Positions 1 through 8,845 of a stretch of DNA of 32,000 bases are shown here, piece after piece. The stretch is from Wolbachia endosymbiont of Cimex lectularius (GTDB lineage: Bacteria; Pseudomonadota; Alphaproteobacteria; Rickettsiales; Anaplasmataceae), in assembly GCF_000829315.1 (NCBI RefSeq), contig NZ_AP013028.1, forward strand, positions 1,050,001 to 1,082,000. The letters are read 5' to 3'. The notes beneath the pieces are model-generated. The model saw only the letters and a list, made by a program, of their open reading frames with translations, did no database searches and was not told the DNA's origin. The position numbers were made by a program, and so were the translations under genes. How positions within the stretch are numbered: position 1 is the stretch's first letter; the number at the start of each line of letters is the position of its first letter.

Positions 1-870
1 GATGTAAATTTTTGCTGACTCAGGAGTAGGATTTACTGTATACTCTGCCTCTAGTACTGCAGAAGCTTTTCTGATTTTTCCAAGTTTAATATATAATTTC
101 GCCTTTAAATAATTGATAGGCTGAAAAGTTGCGCAATGATTTTGTGCTCTAAATAAAGACTTTATAGCTTCCTTATAATTCCCTTTACTTTCATATTGCT
201 TTGCTAAAGCGCAATAAAAAACTGCTAACATTTTTTTGCAATCAAAAGGAAGAAAAATATTGAACTTCGCAGCTTCCTTTAACTTCAAAATTGCGCAAGC
301 CCAATCTTCTTGTAATATGCAATGCTCTATTTGAAAGGGAATAGACAGAATTTTATCATTAACCGAACTTGAGCAATACTCTATGAATTTTTGAAAGATT
401 GCTCCTTCTTGTTTGAGATGGACAATTAGTTTATTGGCCAGAAGTAGAGCTAAGTTGCGATTTTTACTTGCAATGTTTGTTAAACCATTGCTGAAGAAGC
501 TGTAATTTCCCATCTTACCTGAGTTAAAGAGCTTTATTAAAGATAACTTATCGCTTTCCTCATTTAGATTTTTAACCAGCTTGTGAGCGTTCTCTGTATT
601 GCCCAAATCCATGCTAAAAAGAGCTTCAAAAAGAAGCAATTCTTCTTTATCCTTTCTTCTATTTCTTATGTTGGCAAATGTTGATGAAATGGAAGAACAA
701 AAGCGTGCAAGTATAATTAATAAAAACAATAAAAATACACAAGCAAAAATAATGAAATATAGATCAACACTTATAGTGTAACTGCCTAATTCTAATCTCA
801 TTACTTCACCGCTCACTTTGACCCATATGCCAAATAAAAAAGAGAGAGCGAAAACTATGAAGTAAATCAT
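1..870 (-). CDS. HemY-like membrane/helical-repeat protein, N-terminal 290 codons (gene continues beyond window start)
   Basis: The minus-strand frame is open from the ATG at 870-868 to the window edge. It is absent from the ORF track because there is no stop in the window. My translation is MIYFIVFALSFLFGIWVKVSG...LARFCSSISSTFANIRNRRKDKEE...AKQYESKGNYKEAIKSL..., with two N-terminal hydrophobic helices followed by TPR-like helices. The start overlaps the upstream stop (ATGA at 867-870). The position after a mitofilin-like gene matches the alphaproteobacterial hemY neighbourhood. The family call is from recall. Confidence 0.55.
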   Translation of the reverse strand, partial: MIYFIVFALSFLFGIWVKVSGEVMRLELGSYTISVDLYFIIFACVFLLFLLIILARFCSSISSTFANIRNRRKDKEELLLFEALFSMDLGNTENAHKLVKNLNEESDKLSLIKLFNSGKMGNYSFFSNGLTNIASKNRNLALLLANKLIVHLKQEGAIFQKFIEYCSSSVNDKILSIPFQIEHCILQEDWACAILKLKEAAKFNIFLPFDCKKMLAVFYCALAKQYESKGNYKEAIKSLFRAQNHCATFQPINYLKAKLYIKLGKIRKASAVLEAEYTVNPTPESAKIYI

Positions 871-1598
871 GAGATATATTGTAATAAGTGATGATATATT
901 ATTGAAATATTCTTAGAAGCTACAATAAAACCATTTAATTTACTGAGCCATGGTTTAAATTCTGGATGTGTTAAATCGCCTATTGTGGTAGCTATGCTCT
1001 GCCAATCATTATCGTTTATTGACTCCTCAATTTCTGCCAACTTTACTCTCAGTGGATCGTTTTTATCTTTTACCTTTATCCAGTTGGAAATGATTCTTTT
1101 AAAGAATGTACTCTTATTGTAGTCAATAACAGCAATGGTCTTTTCAAAAGATAACTTCAACTCATGTAAAGTATTTATCTCTTTTAAACTTTCCAATTCA
1201 CTCACTGCATTCTCTATCTCTGGGTCGTCAAGCTCCGATATTAAAGGCTTTATTGAATTTATATGATTATCAAATCTTGCTTCTTGTAATAACGAATTCT
1301 TCATTTTAATCACAAGTAGCAGCAATTTTGCAAGGTTCTTATGCCTTGAGCTACCATCACCTTGCTCACATTGAGTGTGCAGATTCCTCTTTAGTTCAAA
1401 CATCTTTTTTTCTATTCTAGATTGATTAACCTCAAGTAACATCTTGAGCTCATCTATGTTTTCCGTCAAAACCTTTATATTATCCTCGCTTTCTTGCTGA
1501 TTTATTTTTAAAAATACTATGTTATTTATTGTAATATAACTGACAAACAATAACACAATTAAGAACCAGCCTATGCATTTTTGCTGAGTATCATTCAT
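867..1598 (-). CDS. Membrane-anchored coiled-coil protein, possible alphaproteobacterial Mic60/mitofilin-family homologue
   Basis: The ORF track gives 867..1649. I prefer the internal ATG at 1598 (MNDTQQKC...), which overlaps the upstream stop (1591-1593) by 8 nt instead of 59 nt. The protein has one TM helix (IGWFLIVLLFVSYITI), a central coiled coil, and a C-terminus (..INDNDWQSIATTIGDLTHPEFKPWLSKLNGF..) that resembles the mitofilin C-terminal pattern. It lies immediately upstream of the hemY-like gene. The coding call is solid; the function is inference. Confidence 0.6.
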   Translation of the reverse strand: MNDTQQKCIGWFLIVLLFVSYITINNIVFLKINQQESEDNIKVLTENIDELKMLLEVNQSRIEKKMFELKRNLHTQCEQGDGSSRHKNLAKLLLLVIKMKNSLLQEARFDNHINSIKPLISELDDPEIENAVSELESLKEINTLHELKLSFEKTIAVIDYNKSTFFKRIISNWIKVKDKNDPLRVKLAEIEESINDNDWQSIATTIGDLTHPEFKPWLSKLNGFIVASKNISIIYHHLLQYIS

Positions 1599-2820
1599 AC
1601 CGTAGTATCTCCGCAGGATCTTGCGCAGCTGCTTGTAATGCAGGAGCAATTGTTGCTAAAAATGACAGAAACAATGCAAGTGCAAAAATATTTACCACGT
1701 CTTGGGGAACTAATATCACTGGCAAGCTTGAAAAAAAGTATATCATAGGATCAAATAATTTAACGTTAGTGATGCTCTCTAAAAACACTCTAATATTTTC
1801 AATATTGAGAGAAAAAACAACACCTATAATACAGCCAAGACAAGTTCCTATAAAACCAATCAGTAGCCCACAAGTGCAAAATATGCGCATAATGCTTCCA
1901 GTTGTTGCACCAAATGTACGCATGATTGCAATTGCAGATTTCTTTTCTTGCACTATCATCATTAAATTTGAGACAATATTGAATGCTGCCACAATTATAA
2001 TCAAAGTGAGAATTAAAAACATCACATTTCTTTCAGTCTTTAAAGCATTAAAATAGTGGCTTTGTTGCAATTGCCAACTTTCAGCTTCCATTCCTGTCTC
2101 TTTTTCTATAGCATTTGCTAGCTCATTAGCCTTAGTAATGTCATCTACAAATACTTCTATATTTCTTATACTATCTTTATAATTAAAAAAAGCCTGTGCT
2201 GATTTTATGGGCATATACATTAAAGTATTATCATACTCAAACATACCCATATCAAATATTGCGACAACCTCATATTCTTTCATTCTCGGCATCTCATCAA
2301 ACAACGCATCAAATCCTTCAGGTGATATAAGCACAATTTTATTGTCACAGTCAATGTTCAAAGCTTCTGCTAATCGTGCTCCTATTATCACCCCTTCATC
2401 AAATTTTTCTACATTACCCACAATTACATTATTTGTAACAGTAGTATTATTAAATAAGTCTTTAACTGATACGCCTCGCACCACGCTACCTGTAATTTTA
2501 CCATTTGCTGCAATGATAACTTGGTCACTGGTCATAGGAGTTGCTTTCAATACACCTGGAATCTTCTCAATAGATTTTGATACTGCATGATAATCTGAAT
2601 TTATGTTTCTATCGAAATAAACATTAACATGGCCATCAATGCCAAGTATTGAGTCAAGCAATTTTGCTCTAAATCCGTTCATTACAGACATCACCACTAT
2701 TAGCGTTGCAACTCCAAGAGCAATGCCAATAATAGAAAACAAGGTCATGATAGAGCAAAACCTGGCATTTTTTGCTCGCAAGTAGCGAACAGCCATAGTA
2801 ACTTCAAAGGCAATGGACAT
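1591..2820 (-). CDS. Lipoprotein-releasing system permease, LolC/LolE family (FtsX/MacB-type)
   Basis: 409-aa ORF. The N-terminus MSIAFEVTMAVRYLRAKNARFCSIMTLFSIIGIALGVATLIVVMSVMNGF is typical of LolC/E. It has a large periplasmic loop and a C-terminal three-helix FtsX domain. Confidence 0.9.
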   Translation of the reverse strand: MSIAFEVTMAVRYLRAKNARFCSIMTLFSIIGIALGVATLIVVMSVMNGFRAKLLDSILGIDGHVNVYFDRNINSDYHAVSKSIEKIPGVLKATPMTSDQVIIAANGKITGSVVRGVSVKDLFNNTTVTNNVIVGNVEKFDEGVIIGARLAEALNIDCDNKIVLISPEGFDALFDEMPRMKEYEVVAIFDMGMFEYDNTLMYMPIKSAQAFFNYKDSIRNIEVFVDDITKANELANAIEKETGMEAESWQLQQSHYFNALKTERNVMFLILTLIIIVAAFNIVSNLMMIVQEKKSAIAIMRTFGATTGSIMRIFCTCGLLIGFIGTCLGCIIGVVFSLNIENIRVFLESITNVKLFDPMIYFFSSLPVILVPQDVVNIFALALFLSFLATIAPALQAAAQDPAEILRYE

Positions 2821-2924
2821 TACAAAATATTTTGAAGTTAAACATTATACTCCTGAGATTTCATATGATTGTAGACTTTTCTTCACTTAAAAACTAGAGA
2901 TTTTTATTTCTTGAAATTTAAAAT

Positions 2925-3372
2925 GCTTATAGAGCATCTCTAGATCCTGCTTACGATAGCTATAAGAAATTCACTGAAAAAAAGCAAAAGAAGCCCTGGT
3001 CGGTATTTATTTTTAGTATTGGCGTTTTTATGCCTTAAACGCTGAAATTTAGCTGCTTTTAAACGCAACTAGTCTAAGCTATAATATTTAAGAAATTTAC
3101 CAGGCAGAAAAAAAGGACAATAAAACCCCGAGGTAGCTAGTTATTCCACTCTCTATTTTAAAATCCGGCGTTGGGTGATGTCTTAAACGACTTATAAGCG
3201 CGTTTCAGCTTGTATGGGCAAAAACCCGAAGTTTTAAAAAGACATGCAGTGCACATAGTACGCCAAATACAAGTTTTCTTGTCATTTTAACCTGCACAGA
3301 TTGGGAAGTTAAACAAATAGCTTCAGTATCATTATAATGGGGTTGGAGGAATTTGTCAAGTAGTTTTTGCAT
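2925..3372 (-). repeat. Dispersed promoter-bearing intergenic repeat, copy A (long form with 3' tail module)
   Basis: The reverse complement aligns by eye with 15222-15625 and 7560-7872. Shared blocks include CTACTTGACAA, CTTATAAGTCGTTTAAGACA, CAAGCTGAAACGCGC and GGTAAATTTCTTAAATATT. No ORF longer than about 10 codons. Confidence 0.85.
3331..3359 (-). promoter_or_regulatory. Consensus sigma70-type promoter inside repeat copy A, firing toward the lolC/E-like gene
   Basis: On the minus strand: TTGACA (3359-3354), a 17-nt spacer (aattcctccaaccccat), then TATAAT (3336-3331). It is preceded by an A-rich tract. Confidence 0.6.
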
Positions 3373-3498
3373 TCTTGGTACACACTGCTCTTAAATCACA
3401 AGTTAAAAAGTTAAGATAAAGGTATAAAAATATGAGTTTTGTTTTGACTTTTTGTGCTAATTTTGCAGAATATTGAAATTATCACTTGGATTGAATGC

Positions 3499-4929
3499 AT
3501 GACAAAAGAGAATTGGGAGGCGGTAATTGGGCTTGAGGTGCACGCTCAGGTTTCTTCTAAGACAAAGCTATTTTCTAGTGCACCAACTGAATTTGGTGCT
3601 GAGCATAATACTCAAGTTTCTCTGGTTGACGCGGCAATGCCGGGCACATTGCCAATACTAAATTACTACTCTATAGAGCAGGCAATACGCACCGGTCTCG
3701 CGCTTTCTGCGGAAATTAATAAGTGTTCTTATTTCAACCGGAAAAATTATTTTTATCCTGATTTACCGCAAGGTTATCAGATAACTCAGTTCTTTGAGCC
3801 GATAGTTAGGAACGGTAGAGTGTTTATCAATAATAATGAAAAAGAAATAAGAATTGCGAGAATTCATCTAGAGCAAGATGCAGGAAAGAGTGTCCATGAA
3901 GAGAGCAAAACTTATGTGGATTTAAACCGCGCAGGGGTTGCTTTAATGGAAATTGTTTCGAAACCGGACCTTCGGTCATCTGCAGAAGCTGCAGAATTCA
4001 TGAAAAAATTGAGGCAGATTTTACGTTATATTGGCTCATGTGATGGTGATATGGAAAAGGGATCACTTCGTTGTGATGCGAATGTTTCTGTGCACCCAAA
4101 AGGCAGCAACACATTTGGCACTCGTTGTGAAATAAAAAACCTAAATTCAATACGTTACATTACGCAGGCTATAGATTATGAAATACAAAGGCAGATTGAA
4201 ATTTTGGAAAGTGGAGGAGAAATAAGTCAAGATACCTTATTGTTTGATGTCACTTCGGGAAAAACAAAAGTGATGCGAAACAAAGAGGATGCAAGCGATT
4301 ACAGATATTTTCCTGAACCTGATTTGTTGCCTGTTGAAGTAAGCCAGGACAAAATTGATCTGATTAAGTCATCTTTGCCTGAGTTGCCAGACCAAAAGAA
4401 GCTGCGATACATTAAAGAGTTAGATATCAACGAATACGATGTAGAAGTCATCACTTCCGATAAAGCAGTTGCTGATTATTTTGAAGAATTGATAAAAAAG
4501 CACGATTCAAAGCTCGCTGTTACTTGGCTCACTGTAGAACTTTTTGGTCGTTTGAATAAAGCAGGTATTGATATTGTAAGCTCTCCGATCAAAGCAAACG
4601 CCTTGTCCGAGCTCTTGGATTTTATCGTTGATGGGACAATCTCTGCTAAACTTGGCAAGCAAGTTTTTGATATTATGTTTGAAACTGGCAAATCGGCATC
4701 TTTAATTATAGAAGAGCAGGATCTAAAACAAATAACCGATAAAGGTCAAATATCTGAAGTTATCGACAAAATCATCAATAACAACCAAGATAAAGTTCAA
4801 GAATACAAAAGCGGTAAAACAAAATTATACGGATTCTTTGTTGGCGAAGTCATGAAACTTACAAAAGGAAAAGCTAGCCCTGATGTTGTGAATTTGATTT
4901 TAAGTGAAAAGTTAAGATTGAATTCCTAA
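3499..4929 (+). CDS. gatB: Asp-tRNA(Asn)/Glu-tRNA(Gln) amidotransferase subunit B
   Basis: The ORF track gives 3454..4929 from a GTG. The ATG at 3499 gives [18 protein letters not shown], the canonical GatB N-terminus. Other motifs are [18 protein letters not shown] and a C-terminal YqeY-like tail. Confidence 0.95.
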   Translation: MTKENWEAVIGLEVHAQVSSKTKLFSSAPTEFGAEHNTQVSLVDAAMPGTLPILNYYSIEQAIRTGLALSAEINKCSYFNRKNYFYPDLPQGYQITQFFEPIVRNGRVFINNNEKEIRIARIHLEQDAGKSVHEESKTYVDLNRAGVALMEIVSKPDLRSSAEAAEFMKKLRQILRYIGSCDGDMEKGSLRCDANVSVHPKGSNTFGTRCEIKNLNSIRYITQAIDYEIQRQIEILESGGEISQDTLLFDVTSGKTKVMRNKEDASDYRYFPEPDLLPVEVSQDKIDLIKSSLPELPDQKKLRYIKELDINEYDVEVITSDKAVADYFEELIKKHDSKLAVTWLTVELFGRLNKAGIDIVSSPIKANALSELLDFIVDGTISAKLGKQVFDIMFETGKSASLIIEEQDLKQITDKGQISEVIDKIINNNQDKVQEYKSGKTKLYGFFVGEVMKLTKGKASPDVVNLILSEKLRLNS

Positions 4930-4945
4930 ATTTTATCTCACTGGA

Positions 4946-4965
4946 GGGGCAAAAAACTTTGCCCC
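4946..4965. terminator. GC-rich hairpin between convergent gatB and rho (possible bidirectional terminator)
   Basis: GGGGCAAA (4946-4953), loop AAAC, TTTGCCCC (4958-4965). This is a perfect 8-bp stem in the 48-nt gap between two stop codons. There is no clear U-tract on either strand, hence the moderate confidence. Confidence 0.5.
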
Positions 4966-4977
4966 TGACGTTGACAT

Positions 4978-6393
4978 TTAATTGTTCATGGAGTTAAAAA
5001 AGTCAGCATTACTCTTTGTTAAAAGCAATTTATCACGTAAAAACTCCATTGCTTCAACAGATCCCATAGGATTAAGTATCCTACGCAACACCCATATTTT
5101 ATTCAATATAGCCTTATCAATTAATAGCTCCTCTTTTCTAGTTCCAGATTTTGTAATATCAATAGCTGGAAATATTCGCTTATCGGCAAGTTTTCTATCA
5201 AGTATAACCTCAGCATTACCTGTACCTTTAAACTCTTCAAAAATAACTTCATCCATTTTTGAACCAGTTTCTACAAGAGCAGTAGCAATTATTGTCAAAG
5301 AACCACCATTTTCAATGTTGCGGGCTGCTCCAAAAAAACGTTTTGGTCTCTGTAGCGCGTTTGAATCTACACCACCAGTTAGAACTTTTCCAGACGAAGG
5401 AATGACTGCATTATAAGCACGTGCAAGACGGGTTATAGAGTCGAGCAGAATTACAACATTTTTTTTATGCTCAACCATTCTTTTAGCTTTTTCTATTACT
5501 ATTTCAGCAAGCTGTACATGGCGGTAAGCAGGCTCATCGAATGTGGAACTCACTACCTCGCCCTTTACAGAACGCATCATATCTGTCACTTCTTCAGGTC
5601 TTTCATCTATAAGCAATACTATTAATTCTATTTCTGGATGATTTGTAGCTATAGAATGAGCCATTTGCTGGAGCAATATCGTTTTTCCTGTGCGGGGTGG
5701 AGCAACTATTAATGCTCTTTGTCCTTTGCCAAGAGGCGCGACTATATCCGCAGCTCGCATACTTATATCTTTTTTATTATCTACACCGCTGTTGTTTTCA
5801 AGAATCAACCTTTCTTCGGGGTAAAGAGGAAGCAAGTTGTCAAAGTGGACGTATTTTCTCAGCTCACTTACCTCAGTAGAGTTTATACTTTGAACCTTAG
5901 TTAAAGTAAAATATCTTTCCTTATCACTAGGTGGTCTGATTTCCCCACATACCATGTCCCCTGTACGCAAATTGAACTTTTTTATCTGTCCATTGGAAAT
6001 ATACACATCGTCAATACTCGGAGCATAATTAGCACTTGCTGAGCGTAAAAAACCGAAACCATCAGGTAATATTTCAACTATTCCGCTTCCTGTAGTAATG
6101 CCTCCTTCTTCGCTCATTTTCTTCATTAAGCTGAATATCATCTCCTGTTTCAGCATTCTGCCATTACCTTTACCATTAGTTGAAATTTTCCTTTCTTCAG
6201 CTAGATCTAATAATTCTTCTGCTGTTTTTTTTCTCAGTTCACTCAGATCTAGTGCTTTTCGGTTTTCTTTTATACCTTCATTTGTTGTTTGTTTTACCAT
6301 ATCGTTATTGGAAATTTGCTCACTTGTTTTTGCTGATTCTAATTCAGCTGCAATCTTTTCTTTTGCTAAAACATCTTCATTGATTGTTACCAT
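4978..6393 (-). CDS. rho: Transcription termination factor Rho (with an N-terminal extension of about 50 aa)
   Basis: 471 aa. Walker A is in [18 protein letters not shown]. An RNA-binding CSD-like region (GFGFLR) is present, and the C-terminal part contains [42 protein letters not shown]. Confidence 0.95.
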   Translation of the reverse strand: MVTINEDVLAKEKIAAELESAKTSEQISNNDMVKQTTNEGIKENRKALDLSELRKKTAEELLDLAEERKISTNGKGNGRMLKQEMIFSLMKKMSEEGGITTGSGIVEILPDGFGFLRSASANYAPSIDDVYISNGQIKKFNLRTGDMVCGEIRPPSDKERYFTLTKVQSINSTEVSELRKYVHFDNLLPLYPEERLILENNSGVDNKKDISMRAADIVAPLGKGQRALIVAPPRTGKTILLQQMAHSIATNHPEIELIVLLIDERPEEVTDMMRSVKGEVVSSTFDEPAYRHVQLAEIVIEKAKRMVEHKKNVVILLDSITRLARAYNAVIPSSGKVLTGGVDSNALQRPKRFFGAARNIENGGSLTIIATALVETGSKMDEVIFEEFKGTGNAEVILDRKLADKRIFPAIDITKSGTRKEELLIDKAILNKIWVLRRILNPMGSVEAMEFLRDKLLLTKSNADFFNSMNN

Positions 6394-6519
6394 AGTCCTC
6401 CAAAAATTTTAATTGATGCTTACTAACCTAAAATGTGACTACAAGATAATAAATTAGGCTAAACTAATCTTTAGGAAGTATTAAACTCAATTGCTATTAA
6501 GCTACATACTTTACCTACC

Positions 6520-6547
6520 ATTATACCAGTAAACACTGACAAGTCAA
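6520..6547 (-). promoter_or_regulatory. Candidate rho promoter
   Basis: On the minus strand: TTGACT (6547-6542), a 16-nt spacer, TATAAT (6525-6520). It lies about 125 nt upstream of the rho ATG. Confidence 0.45.
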
Positions 6548-6593
6548 GTTAATATTAACAAGATATGAAAATAGATAAATAATTTGAGAGACT

Positions 6594-7184
6594 TTAATAA
6601 TTTTCCTTTATGTTTCTCAACCTTTCTTGTTTCTCTTCTTTTATTTTTGCTTTTTCTATTTCTATTTCTAAATTTTCTTGACTGCATAGACCGAGCAGTA
6701 CAGGATCTTGAGGTTTTATATTTTGCATATTATAGTGAGACCCATCCCTTACCTGCTCCACTGTACAATTTGTTGTACTAATCAATTTAGCTATAACGTT
6801 GTTGTCCAAAATAGGAAACTTTTTTATTAAATAATAAATCGCATCAGGTTTATCTCTACGCCTTGCCGGAGAAGCAAGGCCGGAAGTGTTACCAATTGAT
6901 TTACTCCTTTTTTTTGCATTTTTTGCAATCAAACTTGGGATACGATTTGGATTTTTTTTACAGTTATCAATTTCTTTTTCAGTTATTATCCCAGAAATAA
7001 TAGGATTAAATCTTTCAACATCTATTTCCTCATCAGCTATATTTTGCACTTCTTCAAGAGCTAACTTACAACATTGCGCTATTTGATTAAAAGTTAAAGC
7101 AGTATTGTCTATTAGCCAAGCAGCAATTTGCATAAGAAATTGTTTATTTTTATCATTGCCCTTAGAAAGTTCTGTTGACATCAA
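6594..7184 (-). CDS. DUF1013-family protein (alphaproteobacterial TrcR-like small conserved protein)
   Basis: 196 aa. ..QIAAWLIDNTALTFNQIAQCCKLALEEVQNIADEEI..FNPIISGIITEKEIDNCKKNP.. matches my recollection of the DUF1013 core (WLVDNTALTFEQIA...HPLEV..IADGE). Confidence 0.8.
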   Translation of the reverse strand: MMSTELSKGNDKNKQFLMQIAAWLIDNTALTFNQIAQCCKLALEEVQNIADEEIDVERFNPIISGIITEKEIDNCKKNPNRIPSLIAKNAKKRSKSIGNTSGLASPARRRDKPDAIYYLIKKFPILDNNVIAKLISTTNCTVEQVRDGSHYNMQNIKPQDPVLLGLCSQENLEIEIEKAKIKEEKQERLRNIKENY

Positions 7185-7334
7185 AAAGCATCTCCCATTT
7201 AAAATATTCGTTGTCGTTATTTAGAGCTAGAATATAAGCCATTAAAATTAAAAAAGCATTAATTTTGTCACTAAATAGATCTCTTGCATTATGGTAGGGA
7301 GTTCTTAGGAGAAACACAGATGAGCACTGCAAAA

Positions 7335-7550
7335 TGCTTAACGCTGGAATCTAATGTCACTTTATAATGGTGTCTCCAAGTAGCCCCTTTTCCTGTCCTT
7401 CCAGTGCCCCTTTTTTGTCCTCCAAACACTCTTTTTTGTCATTCCAGTTTTCCATAAAACGGTGCGTTTCAACATAACTTTTATACTCACCTACTCGATA
7501 AAATTCCTGGATTCCAGCGTCACGCGCTTGAATGACACCCTTCACAGGCT
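7335..7550 (-). repeat. Short palindromic interspersed repeat block (copy E1)
   Basis: The reverse complement aligns with 16925-17180. Shared sequence is GGTGTCAT.CAAG...CTGGNATC.AGGAATTTTAT..AGT.GGTGAGTATAAAAGTTATGTT.AAA..C.CGTTTT. The track ORF 7357..7545 (..VIQARDAGIQ..) is read from this repeat and is probably not a gene. Confidence 0.75.
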
Positions 7551-7559
7551 TGTGAATTG

Positions 7560-7872
7560 CTTTAGCTATAAATATTAAGAAATTTACTAAGCAGAAAAAA
7601 AAGGCAAAAGAAACCCAGAGCAGCTAGTATTCAAATTCTCCCTTGTTCTATTTGACGTTCTATACTGTCTTAAACGACTTATAAGCGCATTTCAGCTTGT
7701 ATAGGTAAAAACCAGAAGTTTTAAAAAGACGTGAGGTGCACATAGTGCAAAAATTTAAACATGAGACGCCAAATACAAAGTTTCCTTTGTCATTTTAATC
7801 TGCAGATTGCGAAATTAAATGAATAACTCCATATCATTATAATGGGGTTGGTGAGATTTGTCAAGTAGTTTT
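7560..7872 (-). repeat. Dispersed promoter-bearing intergenic repeat, copy B (short form, lacks the 3' tail module)
   Basis: Aligns by eye with copies A and C, including the promoter block, CTTATAAGCGCATTTCAGCTTGTATAGG and the AAATTTCTTAATATTTATAGCTA end. Confidence 0.85.
7836..7864 (-). promoter_or_regulatory. Consensus sigma70-type promoter inside repeat copy B, firing toward the DUF1013 gene
   Basis: On the minus strand: TTGACA (7864-7859), a 17-nt spacer (aatctcaccaaccccat), TATAAT (7841-7836). An A8 tract lies upstream. Confidence 0.6.
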
Positions 7873-8036
7873 TTTTGTTTCTATGTTAGCTGCTTGCGTG
7901 ATATCCTTCTTGTAGACTTATGCTCGTGTAGTGCATAATTTGGTGTTGACTATATCTACAATGAAGCTCCCTAAAAACACTTTGTAATGGGTCAATTTCC
8001 GAGTATAAAGCAGAAATATCGCTATAATAACAAAGT

Positions 8037-8774
8037 ATGCTAATTAGGAACTTAATAAGGCAAGCTACTAAAGTAGGGAATAGTGAAAATACCACACGGT
8101 ATATAGAGTATCTCTACCAATTTGAGAAGTTTAGGAACACATTAAACCTTACTTTGTCGCTAATAAAGCAAAATAGGCTCTTGTTTGAAGTATATCGAGA
8201 GGGATTAGTGGATATGGAAGAAGGGATGTGTAAGACAATTCAATCTTCCAGTACAAACAGGTACGTTATTGTACTGAGAAGGTCAAATCCGTACATTATA
8301 GTACATGAACTTTCACATATGGTTGAAAATGAGCTGAACCTGAAGCTAGAGCAGGAGTTTCTCCATAAAGTCTATCAGGATATTGAACAGAACCTAAAGC
8401 AAGCAAATATTCTTGTACAGAGAATTATCGGTCAAGTTATATTTAAGGAGATACAAGCTTATCAGACTGCAAAATCACGCGCATCGGAATTATTTGCACG
8501 CTATTTTGAGCTATTTGCTTGGGCGCAAGAGGTTTACCCTAAAGATAAAGAGTACTTAATTCGCACTCAGGATTTAAACAGGGTATTCCTTGCTACTGAC
8601 CAATGGAAAAAGAGTTGCCTGGACCCACAAATAATGGACAGAATAGATAAGGAAATAAAGGAATACAGTAATAAAACTGCCATTCAAGACGTGACCAAGG
8701 TGAAGAGTAGCTGGACTGGTAAGTTTTCTCCTGGGGGCAAAAAAATTAGCTCTATCTTTGGAGATGATGATTAA
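8037..8774 (+). CDS. Hypothetical protein with an HExxH motif (possible zinc metallopeptidase-like orphan)
   Basis: 245-aa ORF with codon usage like its neighbours. It contains ..NPYIIVHELSHMVENE.. (HELSH). I recognise no other family signature. Confidence 0.65.
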   Translation: MLIRNLIRQATKVGNSENTTRYIEYLYQFEKFRNTLNLTLSLIKQNRLLFEVYREGLVDMEEGMCKTIQSSSTNRYVIVLRRSNPYIIVHELSHMVENELNLKLEQEFLHKVYQDIEQNLKQANILVQRIIGQVIFKEIQAYQTAKSRASELFARYFELFAWAQEVYPKDKEYLIRTQDLNRVFLATDQWKKSCLDPQIMDRIDKEIKEYSNKTAIQDVTKVKSSWTGKFSPGGKKISSIFGDDD

Positions 8775-8845
8775 CTTAGCAGAATATAGTTAACTTTCAC
8801 GGCATTTTAGAGTATAGTTTTTATAATTAAAATGTTCGAATATAC

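Noticed and set aside
599-781. Plus-strand 60-aa ORF 599..781
   Set aside because: It lies antisense within the hemY-like open frame that runs from 870 to the window edge. No motif, no RBS.
1769-2590. Plus-strand ORFs 1769..2056 and 2207..2590 inside the lolC/E-like gene
   Set aside because: They lie antisense to a well-supported conserved CDS. The peptides are low-complexity and rich in I/L/S/T, typical of shadow frames in AT-rich DNA.
3454-3498. N-terminal extensions implied by ORF-track starts (gatB 3454, ispDF 15637, pyrF 23826, phosphomannomutase 13193, gamma-CA-like 17190, 867..1649)
   Set aside because: In each case an internal ATG reproduces the conserved family N-terminus. Some also gain an SD sequence (pyrF) or remove a long gene overlap. 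The longer starts are artefacts of longest-ORF calling.
4982-6412. Plus-strand ORFs overlapping rho (4982..5416, 5697..5904, 6098..6412)
   Set aside because: Shadow ORFs opposite a highly conserved gene, with biased low-complexity peptides.
7357-7545. 62-aa minus-strand ORF (..VIQARDAGIQEFYRVGEYK..)
   Set aside because: It is read entirely from the palindromic interspersed repeat; the same sequence recurs at 16925-17180 in another frame context. It is treated as repeat-derived and not as a gene.
7886-8095. 69-aa minus-strand ORF upstream of and overlapping the 8037 gene start
   Set aside because: No recognisable motif. It overlaps the start of the longer plus-strand ORF and abuts the repeat promoter, so it is likely spurious.
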